Of a DNA stretch of 64,000 nt, positions 9,334 through 20,844 are shown piece by piece. Location of the stretch: contig OZ076409.1 in NCBI GenBank assembly GCA_964187785.1, forward strand, positions 93,560,001 to 93,624,000. The letters run 5' to 3'. Numbering within the stretch: position 1 is the stretch's first letter; each line of letters begins with the position of its first letter. Source of the stretch: Amphiscolops sp. MND2022. Its lineage: Eukaryota. The translations under genes and the position numbers were made by a program. The notes under the pieces are model-generated. The model had not been told where the DNA came from and made no database searches. It saw only the letters and a list, made by a program, of their open reading frames with translations.

Positions 9334-10080
9334 CTATGCCAGACTACTCTGAAAGTCTTCTCGAACCGTTTGCATTTCCTTCCTTGCTTTGGTTATTGTT
9401 GAGTCGAGATTGGTGTTGGCGCTAGCTTGAGAGTCTGGTGTGTGAGACGTTCGACTCGCATTCGCATAGTTAATCTTTGGTGTTACCGAGGGTGGCGTTC
9501 GAAAAACATATCTTAACGGATTCTCTGTTATGTTCGTCTTCGAGTTTTCCGCTGTCCCGTTCGACGTTTTGGCCGGTGCTTCCGGTAGCGCATATCCGCT
9601 TCGGAAGGGATTCCCGCCTACGCTATTGATCATCTCCTGGGAACCCAGGGGGTTCCTTTCGACTTCTGCCATCCTTGGGTTCGCCCGTGGAGTCATTGGA
9701 GTGTCATTTTGTTTGTTGGGGGTATCAACAATGCTGAGCTCACTGATGGGCCCTTGGTTGGAGTTTGGCCAGTTTTCCAAGCTGTAGTCAGTGACTTCCA
9801 GCGGAGGCCATGTGTTTCTTTGCGTGTTGTTCTCAGTATTATCCGGTAGATTGGTGCTATCGGGGGAGGCTCGCGAGGAGTTAGGCTGGGTAGTGGCAGC
9901 GGCTATCTCCGCGTTTTGTTCCTGGCTCGGTACGAAGTCAGACATAGCTTCTGAAATTACGGCTGCTATGGCTGAATCTAATCTACATTCGTTTTGTTCG
10001 GTTGTGGTTTCCGTTCTTCTTCCGAAAGGGTTGGTGGCATGGAAGTCGCTAATTATGGGGTTAGTCTCGCGTCGTTCCAT
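9334..10080 (-). CDS. N-terminal part of the same Gag-Pol frame, separated from it by one in-frame TAG
   Basis: First in-frame ATG at 10080 has GCCATGG context. Minus strand reads ...SSLA*LAQVQTRLARENNEHE-MRADM, in frame with 412..9285. Confidence 0.8.
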   Translation of the reverse strand: MERRETNPIISDFHATNPFGRRTETTTEQNECRLDSAIAAVISEAMSDFVPSQEQNAEIAAATTQPNSSRASPDSTNLPDNTENNTQRNTWPPLEVTDYSLENWPNSNQGPISELSIVDTPNKQNDTPMTPRANPRMAEVERNPLGSQEMINSVGGNPFRSGYALPEAPAKTSNGTAENSKTNITENPLRYVFRTPPSVTPKINYANASRTSHTPDSQASANTNLDSTITKARKEMQTVREDFQSSLA

Positions 10081-13042
10081 GGCCACGAGATGTAATATTT
10101 TAGCTTCCACTGCGTGTAAAGTTTCCACTATATAGTTGACAAGATTGAAGGTAACAAAAATTTTTTTTTAAATTTTTTTTTGGCTTTTCTCTACTTCCTT
10201 CCCCCCACAAAACAAATGGCAGATGATGGAATGAGGAGGGTTTGCTTTGACTAATTAACTCAAAAGGCTGTTATCTAAACTGCACTGCATAGCTGACTGA
10301 CTAGGCCGTTTAGCGCGCCCTGTCACTCGTTTTTCTCGGATTGGGGTAAAGATTTGCTAAATGGGCGTGAATTGCTTCCTACATCCGTGGAGTGCACTAG
10401 GTGCACTATCGCTGGTTTGGTTAACTAAAATTTCCTCTGCTTTCTCCTCACCTAGAAGGTTCGACTTTCTTCAAAAAAATTTTTTTTTTTGTGGGGAGGC
10501 TGGGAACAATGGGTGGGCTGATTCGGGGACAATGGGTGGACAATGGACTGGAAATGATCTGGGATTTGATTGGGAACGTGTGGGTTGAGTATCGAGTGAT
10601 GACCTGGTTTATGGCTTTATGGCTCGTGGGTGAAGGGGTTACAACGATATGGATGATCTTCCCTGTGCTTGTTCTAGTTTCTCTGCGCGTTCCGCAAACC
10701 TGGTCTGTGATTGTTTTGATATTCTCAGGCGCACTCTCGCACCCTCAGGGTATGCGAGGCGTAGAGTTGAGGTGGTTGTGGCGAGTAGATTACACCTAGG
10801 CGACCTTAGCGGCGGGGAAGAAACGAATTTCGATTTTTGGAGTTACCGTCTTTTGATCTCGTAAAGGGTTTAGTGGAAGATCGTTGATCTTGGGGCTAAC
10901 TTTATATGGATTTTATAGGTTCGGTAAGGTGTGTGGGACTTGCTCAATGTATTAAACAGATGGTTTCAGCCCTGAATGGGGTGTATCAGGATTGGGAATG
11001 CTTGGGTTTTCTATTAATTTTTGCTCAAAATCTCGTTTTTCTCATCAAGCAGTACCTCCGGGGAAGGTGAAAATCACTTCTAGTGGTGCTAGCGACCTGA
11101 AAATTTCACACCGCCTAGTACACTAGCTGAATCGTGGGGAACGAGGTTCCGATTGCGTTAAAATTGATTCTGCGTGTGTCACGGTCACTTAACAATGTTC
11201 ACTGAGAAATTGGCTATGTCGCGAATTTCGCAAAAAGTGATCAAACTCGCCTTCTAGGCGTCCTAGCTATCTGAAATTTTGTATGCGAGCGTGAATTATG
11301 CCCACGTAACAGAAAAATAAGTTAGCAGGGTGCCCAGGTCAATATTTCGCAATCCGAGTCGACAAAACTATGATGTACCCTGCATGTCACTTTCAGGGGC
11401 TAAAACTCACAAAATTGTCAATTTCTCCAAGTTGGACAGTAGCAAGCTGCTCAAAATGCACAAATCGTCGGGATCTAGCGCCGTATATACGAAAATGCAA
11501 GAATTTTAGTGCTGGGGTACTTGCAAGGTATTGCACTATGCTCAACTAAAATTCGGTTTTTTCGACATTTTCATACAATTTTCGAGCAAAACTGCGGCTA
11601 AGATTTCTCAATCACTAGTAATGGTAGCGCTATGAAAATTACACCACTAACGTAACTTTTTATGGTCTACACGATGGTGCAATCCGTTTTGGGCTACTCC
11701 TGCTAGGAGAGATTTCGACCTGTACTGGAAGCACTACTCTAGTGTTCCGAAAATGTCACAAAAATAACACGTTTTTGGCTATTTCTCGGCAACCACTGGT
11801 TGGAATCACTCGCGGTTTTCAGCGTTGGTAATCTAGTACTCTCTACTAACAGAAAATAGGCGAGCGAAACCTGGCAGGTTCCAGCTAGGGTCTCTCGAAA
11901 TTGGTTTTAGGTTACACCTTGGACACTCTGGGAACACCTATGAAAAACACGTATTTTCCCTAGGAACTTTTTATTCTTCGGTTCCCAGAGGTTAGAGATG
12001 GTTTTAACAGTACAGTAGGAAGGTGTAACTGCTTTATTTAGGGGAGTGGGGTTTTTTCAATTATTATTTTTGATGTTATAGCTCTCAGGTCTATGGGGTC
12101 CTCTACTCAGGTCTACTTTAATGAAAGAAAAGTGGTGTTAAAACTTCAATTTATATTGGGGGTGTTCAAAAACCGTCTTGGTAGTAGTATTGCGTACTAC
12201 CAAGCACAACAACAAAGTTTTTGGGCCTTTTAAGAGGCTTGGGAGCAAACGCCTAAGGCTTCGCCCTCGTCAAAATTGGTCAAAATGGCCAATTTTGCCT
12301 ATTTTTGAACGAAAATTGCTGAAATTTTCATGTTTTTTTGAAAAACAGCCCAACAAAATTTTTTGTTCTCGACCTGGTAGGTCCGACAGAACGTTTTTCA
12401 GGTATTCCCACAGGCCGTGAACAATTCTATAAAATTTTGGCTTTCAAAACGGGAAATTTCGATATTTGAGCTGTTATCAGTGTCCTTTTTGGCGTTTTCG
12501 AGCTCAAGTCCTTAAAATAACTGATGTAAATACCCTGTGGGTATTATTCACAGTTAATTTATGCAAAAACAGGCCTGGGAATACTAATTTGGGGCTAGAA
12601 AACGTAAAGGGAACGAAATAACCCAGCTATTTTCGGTGAATCGGCACCAGGTGGGGAGGAAGAGGCTATGACGTGAAGCACCTGCAGCCCTGCACTCAGC
12701 TAGTTCGGGTCTTCACAAACCGTCCTCGCTGTCCCTGTACATTGCTAATTAGCTGAAAAGAAGCTGGAAAACCCGTTAAAACACGTTCCGGATAAGCCGG
12801 AATAGCTTTTTTAATGAGTACAGATAAGGTACAAGAAGGTACACTGTTTCAAACTGTCTTTTTCAGGCTAGGGACCTCGGAAACATGCAGGAAACGCAGG
12901 AAAAACACTAATACAAGGCCCAAAGGGCTAGAATAAGGCAATAAAAACAATCTAGGACTCTCCCAAAAGCTTCTCCTAGATCCGGACCTTTCAGGGCCGG
13001 AAAGCAGGAGTTGCTCCTCGCAGGACGCGGTAAGGAAAAATA

Positions 13043-13059
13043 TCCCTCTGTGGTCGCCA
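13043..13059 (-). promoter_or_regulatory. primer-binding site, tRNA-Arg-like
   Basis: TGGCGACCACAGAGGGA is complementary to a tRNA end ...UCCCUCUGUGGUCGCCA, close to the animal tRNA-Arg(UCG) 3' end as I recall it; 16 nt from the LTR end. Confidence 0.75.
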
Positions 13060-13075
13060 TAAAAACTATTCCAGA

Positions 13076-13784
13076 TGTAACGTCCGGCTAGCGGCGCACA
13101 TCTAGGAAGAGGGACAATGCCTAGGATGCTTAAACAGGAGACCGTTGTCTTACTACATACCTAGACACTAGTTTTTGATCCCAAAATGGTCTCCATGGGG
13201 GACTTTTCTAACGTCTAAGGAGACTCCTCTAATTAGAGCTCCGAGGCGACGTGCCGGCACCCTCAAAGTCCGGACACGCCCCACAAGCCTGTAAAAACGT
13301 ATCCTAAGGTTTTAGCGCGTTCCTGCCATCTCCTACATACTTCCGAGGTCCAAAAAGGTGTTTATCTGAAAAATGTCATTTCGACAGTTATGGGCATGAA
13401 ATGCCGACCTAGAAGGTCAGGCATGGGAAAAATAATAAAACGATTTAATATGAATTAACAAAATAAAGGGGGATAAGCCCCGAGTGGAAATAGAGTTACT
13501 GTTTGCAGGTTCTCGGGGATCCGGTCATGTAGTTCTGGAATGGCTCTGCTTTCCCAGGGAGGACATAGCACCGGGTAGCGTTCTTCGGATTCTATCCCAT
13601 GGATCTTCATGTCGTCAGTCGTCTACTTCTTTTTTTTCTTCTGTCGTTCTTCTCGTTCACGTGTTCTCTCTTTCATTTTTATGGGCTTTAAGGACCTGCC
13701 AGGTCGGCCATTTTGATTCGCACCTTTTTTGGTTCTTGATCGAATTTTTCAACGAAAGCTTGGTGTTGACTGGTGGACGTTACA
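13076..13784 (-). repeat. 5' LTR of the Gypsy element (709 bp)
   Basis: TGTAACGTCC/GGACGTTACA inverted termini; the ~290 bp next to the PBS closely match the 3' part of the LTRs at 36747 and 41471. Confidence 0.93.
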
Positions 13785-14205
13785 ATTGTAATTAAAATTG
13801 AAAATAAATTACACTAGATTACCGACACGATCACTTTGTATTCACACTTTGTTTTCTCAACTACTCATCCGATGTGATCACCGCTTCTCAAATAGCACGC
13901 TAGACATGACGCTAACTTGCAGATTATTATGCGACTGAAGTTATTTTGCATTGATTTAGCGGTAAAATTGATAGCGCCTTATTTGCTTTCAAAATCATAA
14001 CTGCTGCTTAATGAAACCTGCAAAACTTCAAGGCTTAAAATTGCCGCCAAAACGTTGATGAATCTTTCAAGCAGCTTGATAAAAGTTAAATATAACAGGG
14101 AAAAATTTTCGCATGAAATTTTCCGTAAGAGTTTTAGAAAATCATAATAAAAGTTGCTTGCAACATTAAAGTACATGCAAAAAGTTCAAGCAGTTTCAAC
14201 AAGGG
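13785..14205. mobile_element. partial CCC-terminated non-autonomous DNA element interrupted by the Gypsy insertion
   Basis: Ends AAAAGTTCAAGCAGTTTCAACAAGGG; reverse-complement similarity to 47096-47500; other fragments near 43530-43686 and 48940-49220. Confidence 0.6.
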
Positions 14206-16007
14206 TTACCATATTAGGGTCCTACGTGTGCTAAGAACCTAAAATCTCATGACTGGGACTGAGAAACATAGCCGAAATCAGCCCAAAAATGACCAAAAAA
14301 CAGTCATTTTAGGATGTTTTTCGATTTTCTAAAAAACTGTCTAAACGACTTGTACAGATTTTTTTCCCGGGAATGATGTAATGACCCGCGTTTTCGGCAA
14401 TGATACGGTAGTTTAATTTCGAAACTTTTTTCTGAGAACATTTTTCTCAGAACGAACATACTTTCAAATGTGAGTCGTCATCATTTTCTTCCAGTGGTCC
14501 ATGGTTACGCAAGTTCAAATTTTAATTCATTCAGACAAACTGGAGCTACTTTTTGTATTTGCGACTATCGCAACCATTTCAGAAGATGCAATTGATTTCC
14601 GTTTCCATTTTCATGGGAGTCAATATTAGATTCCAGTTATATTTCTTGCGCAGACATTTCACGTCGATTCAATTACCTAGTTATTGTAATTGTTATTTCT
14701 CTGTTACCTAAAACTAGTCAAATGAATCAATGAGAAAAGTCGATATATCGAATATGAGGTAATTCGGTTTTATTTAAACTAACAAAATTGATTTATCATT
14801 CAACCAGCTATCATGGGACAGTAGAAGTTATATAACCTTGAAGTGATATGTCGAATTTTATATGGAAGTAGTTTCCCTAGTTGAGAATGCTGGAACTTTT
14901 TACATTCTGCAGGCCTGCATGCAGGGTAATTTTATAGAAAACCTAGAAAAGTTAGTAAGAGTTCCGGTGGTAACCTTTCCACCATTAAATATTTTTCAAT
15001 TTGACACCGACACGATCACGTTGCTAGTATGTCGTTTATTTTGTGAATGAAGTCAATGTCAAGAGAATGCGAAGTACTCTTTTGATTTTTGGGAACCTCC
15101 TGTGTCCAATTTCTGGGTTTGGTATAAAATTTTTATGTTCCCTTTGTAGGGTATTTTTAATCTACTGAACCGAAGACCCACTCGGTATTTTGCGACTGGC
15201 CAATCTATCACTTTGTGCTGACAGATCTTCCATCAACTTCAGGAGATGTTTCTGAGTTTTCTCACAATTTTATATTATTTTATCACAATTTTTTTCGTTT
15301 TTTGAATGCATTTTTTTACTCTACAGCTGGGCTTCATTTTGTCTCCTGATGCTAGAGGTCTCAGGCTCTTCATTCATGGATTCGAGGGATTCCTTCTTCA
15401 GAGACGTTGTGGTGTTTGAGGGTCTTTTTGGCAATTTGATGAGTCAATTTTGTTTCAATATTCAAATCCAACTTCGCACACTCAATATGGCAATATATAT
15501 ATGGCTAAGTATAAATATAATCGCAGACCCACTGGAAAAACTACCGTGTGTTTTGCCTATATGATTCAGCTCCGAGTTCCTTGGTCACGAAAAATTACAA
15601 GATATTTCATCCCAATTTCACTTCATTCCGCTTTGTCGAAATTCATCTCGAATTTGAACTGAATTCTCAGTTGAAAACTCGGCTCAGCAGAACGTTTTCC
15701 TCTTGTCCCGCTTCATCGGGAAGTTGCAGATCGAAGTTGGCAATGAAATCAATCAATACGGGAAAACTGTAGAAAAGAGATTATCCATTTACAGATTCGA
15801 AATGTCAATTTCACTGCACTTAGCAAAACAACTGATGACTCATGTCCAGAGGTTAGCAAACAATTAAATAGATTTCCGTTAGCGGCAATCAATCAAGGTA
15901 AATTAGTTACGGAAACGTAAAAAAACTGACCAAGTAATTGTTTTAACGCTGTCGCTAACGGTATCAATCATTAGACGAGTATTTTAATTCAATCAAATTA
16001 AAATACG

Positions 16008-16112
16008 TTGAGGAGTAAAGTACGCCATATATTAACCGACTATAGGAAAACTCTTCTTCCTGAAAGCATTGAACAACAGATTTTTCTATCCAGCAATGAG
16101 CAATACTGGAGT
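16008..16112 (+). pseudogene. hAT transposase C-terminal dimerisation-domain fragment
   Basis: SKVRHILTDYRKTLLPESIEQQIFLSSNEQYW matches the hAT C-terminal pattern; flanked by AATCAATC and GATTGATT arrays in opposite orientation (~15760-16330). Confidence 0.6.
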
Positions 16113-16337
16113 GTGTGCAAACAATCGAAAAAGCAAAATAGAATAATACGTTTCAGCTCGATGTGTCATTTGCGTTTGTGTTTTTTTGTGTTTGAAAGTT
16201 TTTTTCAATTAACGCAAGAATTGATTTGTTCACAACTGATTGATTGTTAATTGATTTTTTGTTCAGTAAAAATTGCGTTGATTGATTGCTTAGCTTTATC
16301 TATTGACACAGATAATGATTTTCCTTCCGTATACAAA

Positions 16338-16915
16338 ACAAGCCGGGAACGACCCAAGTCGGCGCCATATCTAAAGCTCAAAAATAGCGAAAGGACTTCA
16401 AAGTGTCAAGTATTACTCTTCTACAGTACCCGCGTGAGGAAAATTTGAAAAAAAGTTTCTTTTTGAATTTTTTTTCGAGTTTTTTTGGTCTCCTGTAAGT
16501 CGCATAGTGCCGAAAAATGTGAAAGGGGGGCCTTAGGGAGTTTTTGAACATCCATTCTTTTGCAAAATAGAAAAAAAATGACCCTTTGGAGACATTTAAA
16601 AAAATTTCGAAAAAAAGTCTCACAAGGCCGAAAAAAACCTGCACAAAAATAGTTTTGGTCATGGGCGGGATTCGAAACCACGTCCTTCTGCTTGGCAGAC
16701 CTCAAAAAAGTCGTAACCTCCATGCCAAGTGCCAGTAGAAGTAGTGTGGCACAGTTTAGTGTTAGTGCAAGTCAGCTTATAAAGCTTATAAAATCTGTCA
16801 GTTCGTTGGTCTTTAAAAAACTCACTGCTATAGTCTGCGTTTTCTACGAAAAGCGCCGACTAAAAAAAGTCACTACTATAGTCTGCGTTTTTCTACAAAA
16901 AGCGCCGACTAAAAA
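16338..16915 (-). mobile_element. Helentron-associated non-autonomous element (DINE-1/HINE-like)
   Basis: Subterminal inverted repeats AGTCGGCGC/GCGCCGACT, short hairpin then CTTGT 3' end, T-run insertion site, no TSD; terminal ~50 bp tandemly duplicated. Confidence 0.7.
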
Positions 16916-17359
16916 TCTCGGGCGGAAAATAGTAAAGGTTATCGCAGAGGGAATTAGGTCATGATTGATCTAATTGAAGACACTCAACGCTGGGGAAGTG
17001 GTCGTGATGAGAATCATTAGTCAAGCGGTGGAACGTTTACACGTCAGAACGCATTCTGTAATTATGTTCTTTACGTAAATTTTCTTGATTTGAAAATTTA
17101 GCTCGGCTCGATTCAACGGATCAATATTCTAACAATCAAATTGATTCACAATACTTTATGTATACCAATGGAATTCAATGAGAAGTTGTTTGAGGGACTT
17201 CCCACATCCACTGTGAACAATGCAAAACACGGAGTGAGAACGCTTCCAAATACTGCGATTCATGAAAAATGATGACAAAGGAATGTTAATTACATATGAA
17301 ACATTTTACGGCACTAGTATCGTAATATATTGTTATTTTTTCATTAGTTATGAAGGTAC

Positions 17360-18469
17360 CACCGGTATTTTAAGTTTGACGAGGTAAGATTTTCATTTAC
17401 ATTCGGCAGTCTTTCAAAGTCTGAGCAGCATCCCAGCCACGTGAGGTGATTGGTCAATTCTGAGGCAGCAATCCGGTCACACAATACAGTTAGATAGCTA
17501 ATTAAGTGTATTCCCAGATTTTCGATCTTCGCGAATCTGTGCAGATCTGCAGGATTTTTGCAGATCTTTGCAGATATGAGCAAATTCGAAAAAGCAGACA
17601 AACTCAGAAACACAAAAAAACCCACAGCGATGTCCAACGAATAATAAAAGTGTTTAAAACTGGAGAGAAGTCTCATTTATGGCAACATTTTTCTGTAGCA
17701 ATCTGTTCAGATCTGTAGAGATTACAGATCTTTACAAACCTTTACAGAGCCAAACAATGACCAATAAATTGCTATAACGTAATCCAAGTTAACAGCAATT
17801 ACTAAAAATACTCCAACAAACTATTTTGCGGAAATATTATAACAACAACACTTTAACAACACATTGACCAACCCAAAAGGGGCGCCACATGTCAACTTTT
17901 ATCTGCCAAAACGCAATCAATAGGGCAAACGAGCCTCTCAAAGTTCAACAACCACATCTGGAAAGTTCAAATGAAATGGATAAATTACGGTGTGTAACTA
18001 TTACCGCACTTTCTCCAGTCACAGTCTCCAAAATTACCGTGATGGGGACAAATTTTCCTTCTCGAGAATTCTGAGTGATGGAGAGTTTCAACTTACTGAC
18101 CCTAGGTCAGCTAAAATACTCGATACAGTAGTTGAAGAAGTCCAGAAAATGCAGTATATTGATTCCTTAAAAGCTGCAGAAAAACATATTTCTGCAAAAA
18201 TCTTTAACGAAATTCTGCACACTTCTGTAAAGATCTTGCAGATCTGAATGGATCTTCAAGATTCAGTGCAACGATTTTTGCAGAACCGTGCAGAAAAAAT
18301 CGTGCAGATCTGCACAGATTCGCATAGATCGAAAACCTGGGTTGTGTGACCGGATTGCTGCCTCAGAATTATTCAATCACTTTACGTGAATGGAATGCGG
18401 CTCAGACTTTTAACGACATCTGAATGTAAATGAAAAACTTGCCTCATTAAACCAAAAAAAATACCCGTG
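17360..18469. mobile_element. palindromic MITE (~125 bp arms) hosting a nested MITE
   Basis: 17360-17484 is the imperfect reverse complement of 18342-18469 (e.g. AATTCTGAGGCAGCAATCCGGTCACACAA / TTGTGTGACCGGATTGCTGCCTCAGAATT). Confidence 0.7.
17513..18341. mobile_element. CACTA/EnSpm-like MITE, family A
   Basis: CCCAG...CTGGG ends, ~50 bp TIRs, GCAGATCT subterminal repeats, 2-bp TSD TT. Confidence 0.8.
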
Positions 18470-19028
18470 CCTAGAATCGGAGGCAGCACTGCAGTAGGAC
18501 TATTTGCACTAGCTGCCACAGTCAACGGTGCTCAGCTAGACTAGTATCTAATGAAATCAGAATTCATCATACTTTAATTGAGCACCTAATCAAATATGTA
18601 TTTAATTTACTTCCAGTTGTAACTTCAATAGTTTTGATTGTCTTTGTTGGTTTTTGTTGTTGTTATCAGAACCGAAGAATAATATTTTTGAAGCTTCTGA
18701 CCTTTTGCTCACACAGGGGGGGGGGTTGCCTGGGGTGTGATTTAACCCTGTATCCATTTATGCTTGAATTAGTTCAAAAAGTTGATCAAAAAAGTTGTTC
18801 AAAAAGTAAAGTTGGAAAATATACGTTTTACCTAAGTACTTTTGAAAGAGCAAACTAAATATATCGCAGTGCCAATGTTGTTCAAGTTGGTTCATTTAAG
18901 ATGTTTCGATTAACCATGTTAGTGGCTCCCGTCGCTTTTGTTTTGTTGATCAATCGGAATAAGTTAAAGTAGCTCTATCAAAATTCAATTATAAGAAAAA
19001 ATGCGAAATAGCGCAAGGATGACGTATT

Positions 19029-19765
19029 TGTAACGACCACATCATCGACAACATCAACAATTCAATTCTGAAAAATTCGTTCAAGGAAATAGCAAGGAGC
19101 TAGAATTTGGCCACTTTGATCATATTCCGCTGACAGACTCCGTGTCTTTAAAAAAGACCTGCCATCCGTATCACAAAGGCGCAGAATGATCAAAAGCAAA
19201 AAAGACCCGAAAATAGCAAGAATGAAAAGACTGCAAACCGAGGAAGTGTGTAAACGGACTCAAATTCGTTAATTACACGGACTTCTACTTTGACCGGTGT
19301 TTTCATTAGCATGTTACTACCAATTGTTGCAATTACTTGAAATGCGTCTTGAAATTGTTTAAACAAGCATCCGTGCTTGTGCCCCATCTAATTATTGCCT
19401 TGCCATGCTGATTGTGCAGTAAAATAAAATTTATCTAGATGACTTAGCTCGTGAGCTACTTTTTCACCATGACCTGTGATGCAGAAATTTATCTTTGCCA
19501 CCACTACCATTTTTAAAGGCTATCTGAGTGGTAGTTTCGGTAGAAGAGTTTAATTCACACTACAGAGAGCAATTAAAGACTGGACAAGGTCGACGAGTAC
19601 TCCACAGGAGGCGGAATTCTCATCTGACGGGACAACGTTTACCCGAAGGAGGCAAAATGAATTTATGGCCATGGGTGCCTGTCCCGGGCTAATACCCATG
19701 TCATAGGTTCCTCCATCTCTATGACGGAGCAGCGACAATGGTGAGGGTGAGAGTTTGTCGTTACA
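19029..19765 (+). repeat. solo LTR (second LTR family)
   Basis: TGTAACGA...TCGTTACA; homologous along its length to the PPT-preceded LTR at 62951-63670; flanked by ATT/ATT. Confidence 0.85.
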
Positions 19766-20844
19766 ATTCTTTGGATAATGCGGTTTCAATGCAGCAGGTT
19801 CGAACCTGACCAGTGTCAAATTCAGATAATCCTCAAGTTATAAAAGTTATTGATATGTTAACTGGAAACGAATTTTCAGCAACCAGATAATATCGAATAA
19901 ATCATGAAAACAAAGTTTTATTTGATAGAGAGTTGATTGAATTGGCTATTTGTTTGTTAGTTGTTGTATTTATGCATCTATAAGGACATCCTGTACAACT
20001 TAATTTCAACATGGACTTGTACAGGAGTTGCGTAAATGTCGCATAGGTTGAAAAAAAAAGAATGCTAATGAACAAGTATACAAAGAGAGACACAATGTAA
20101 AGTTGAAGAATAGTCGGTTCGCGTCAACTAATTTGTGTTTACAAACATTGAGATCAAATCGACACTGCAATATGGCCAAACATGGTCCATGGCCAAACAT
20201 GATCAAATCAACACTGGTGAGAAAAAATGATAAAAAGCTTTGATTTTCTGATGTTTCTGGTGAGTTTCAAAGGGAAAATAAAATTTCGAGATAAAAGGGT
20301 CACCTTTCTAATTTTTTGACCTCTCAATCGACGCAACTTGTTTTGAGAAATTTTTACGCTCACTATATTGTTGTCGATATGTTTTTTTTCAATGTTTCAT
20401 GATGGCAACGATGTAGAAGAGCTCTACTTTTTATTTGATATATTTGAGTTTCGGGTGTACAACTTTTTCGAATTTTTTTTCCTTTTGAAAGCGAGTTGAT
20501 TGAGATTAACGTTATCGAACAACACTGCCACAGCCCGCTCCCGGCTGGTGTACATACTGCCTGCACAGAATCCATAAGAGAATAGCAGGATTTGGGCATG
20601 ACAAGCTCAAAAAAAAATAAATTAATGTTAAAGACAACCCAGTCACTTACGTTGAGTTTGAAACTTCTCTAGTCGAAAAAACAACATTATTAAAAGCCCG
20701 TTCCTGGTCCTCGCAAAACTCCTGAACTCCATGCAGGAAACCTAGACGAGATTGAAACGTCGCTTAGGCAAATCATGTGAGACTTGACAAAAGTATTAAC
20801 TGTAAATCAAAAGGGATGTTAAAACTAATAGCGCTAACTGTAAA

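Larger units (their letters stand above)
1..13784 (-). mobile_element. Ty3/Gypsy LTR retrotransposon, near full length (3' LTR lies beyond the window start)
   Basis: 5' LTR TGTAAC...GTTACA at 13076-13784, PBS, ~3 kb leader, then one gag-pol frame with domain order Gag-PR-RT-RNaseH-IN, diagnostic of Ty3/Gypsy. Confidence 0.97.

Noticed and set aside
563..9425. Many short plus-strand and alternate-frame ORFs over gag-pol
   Set aside because: Shadows of the long minus-strand frame; no recognisable motifs.
10150..10185. A/T runs resembling a frameshift slippery site
   Set aside because: Upstream of the likely start codon with no upstream ORF to shift from.
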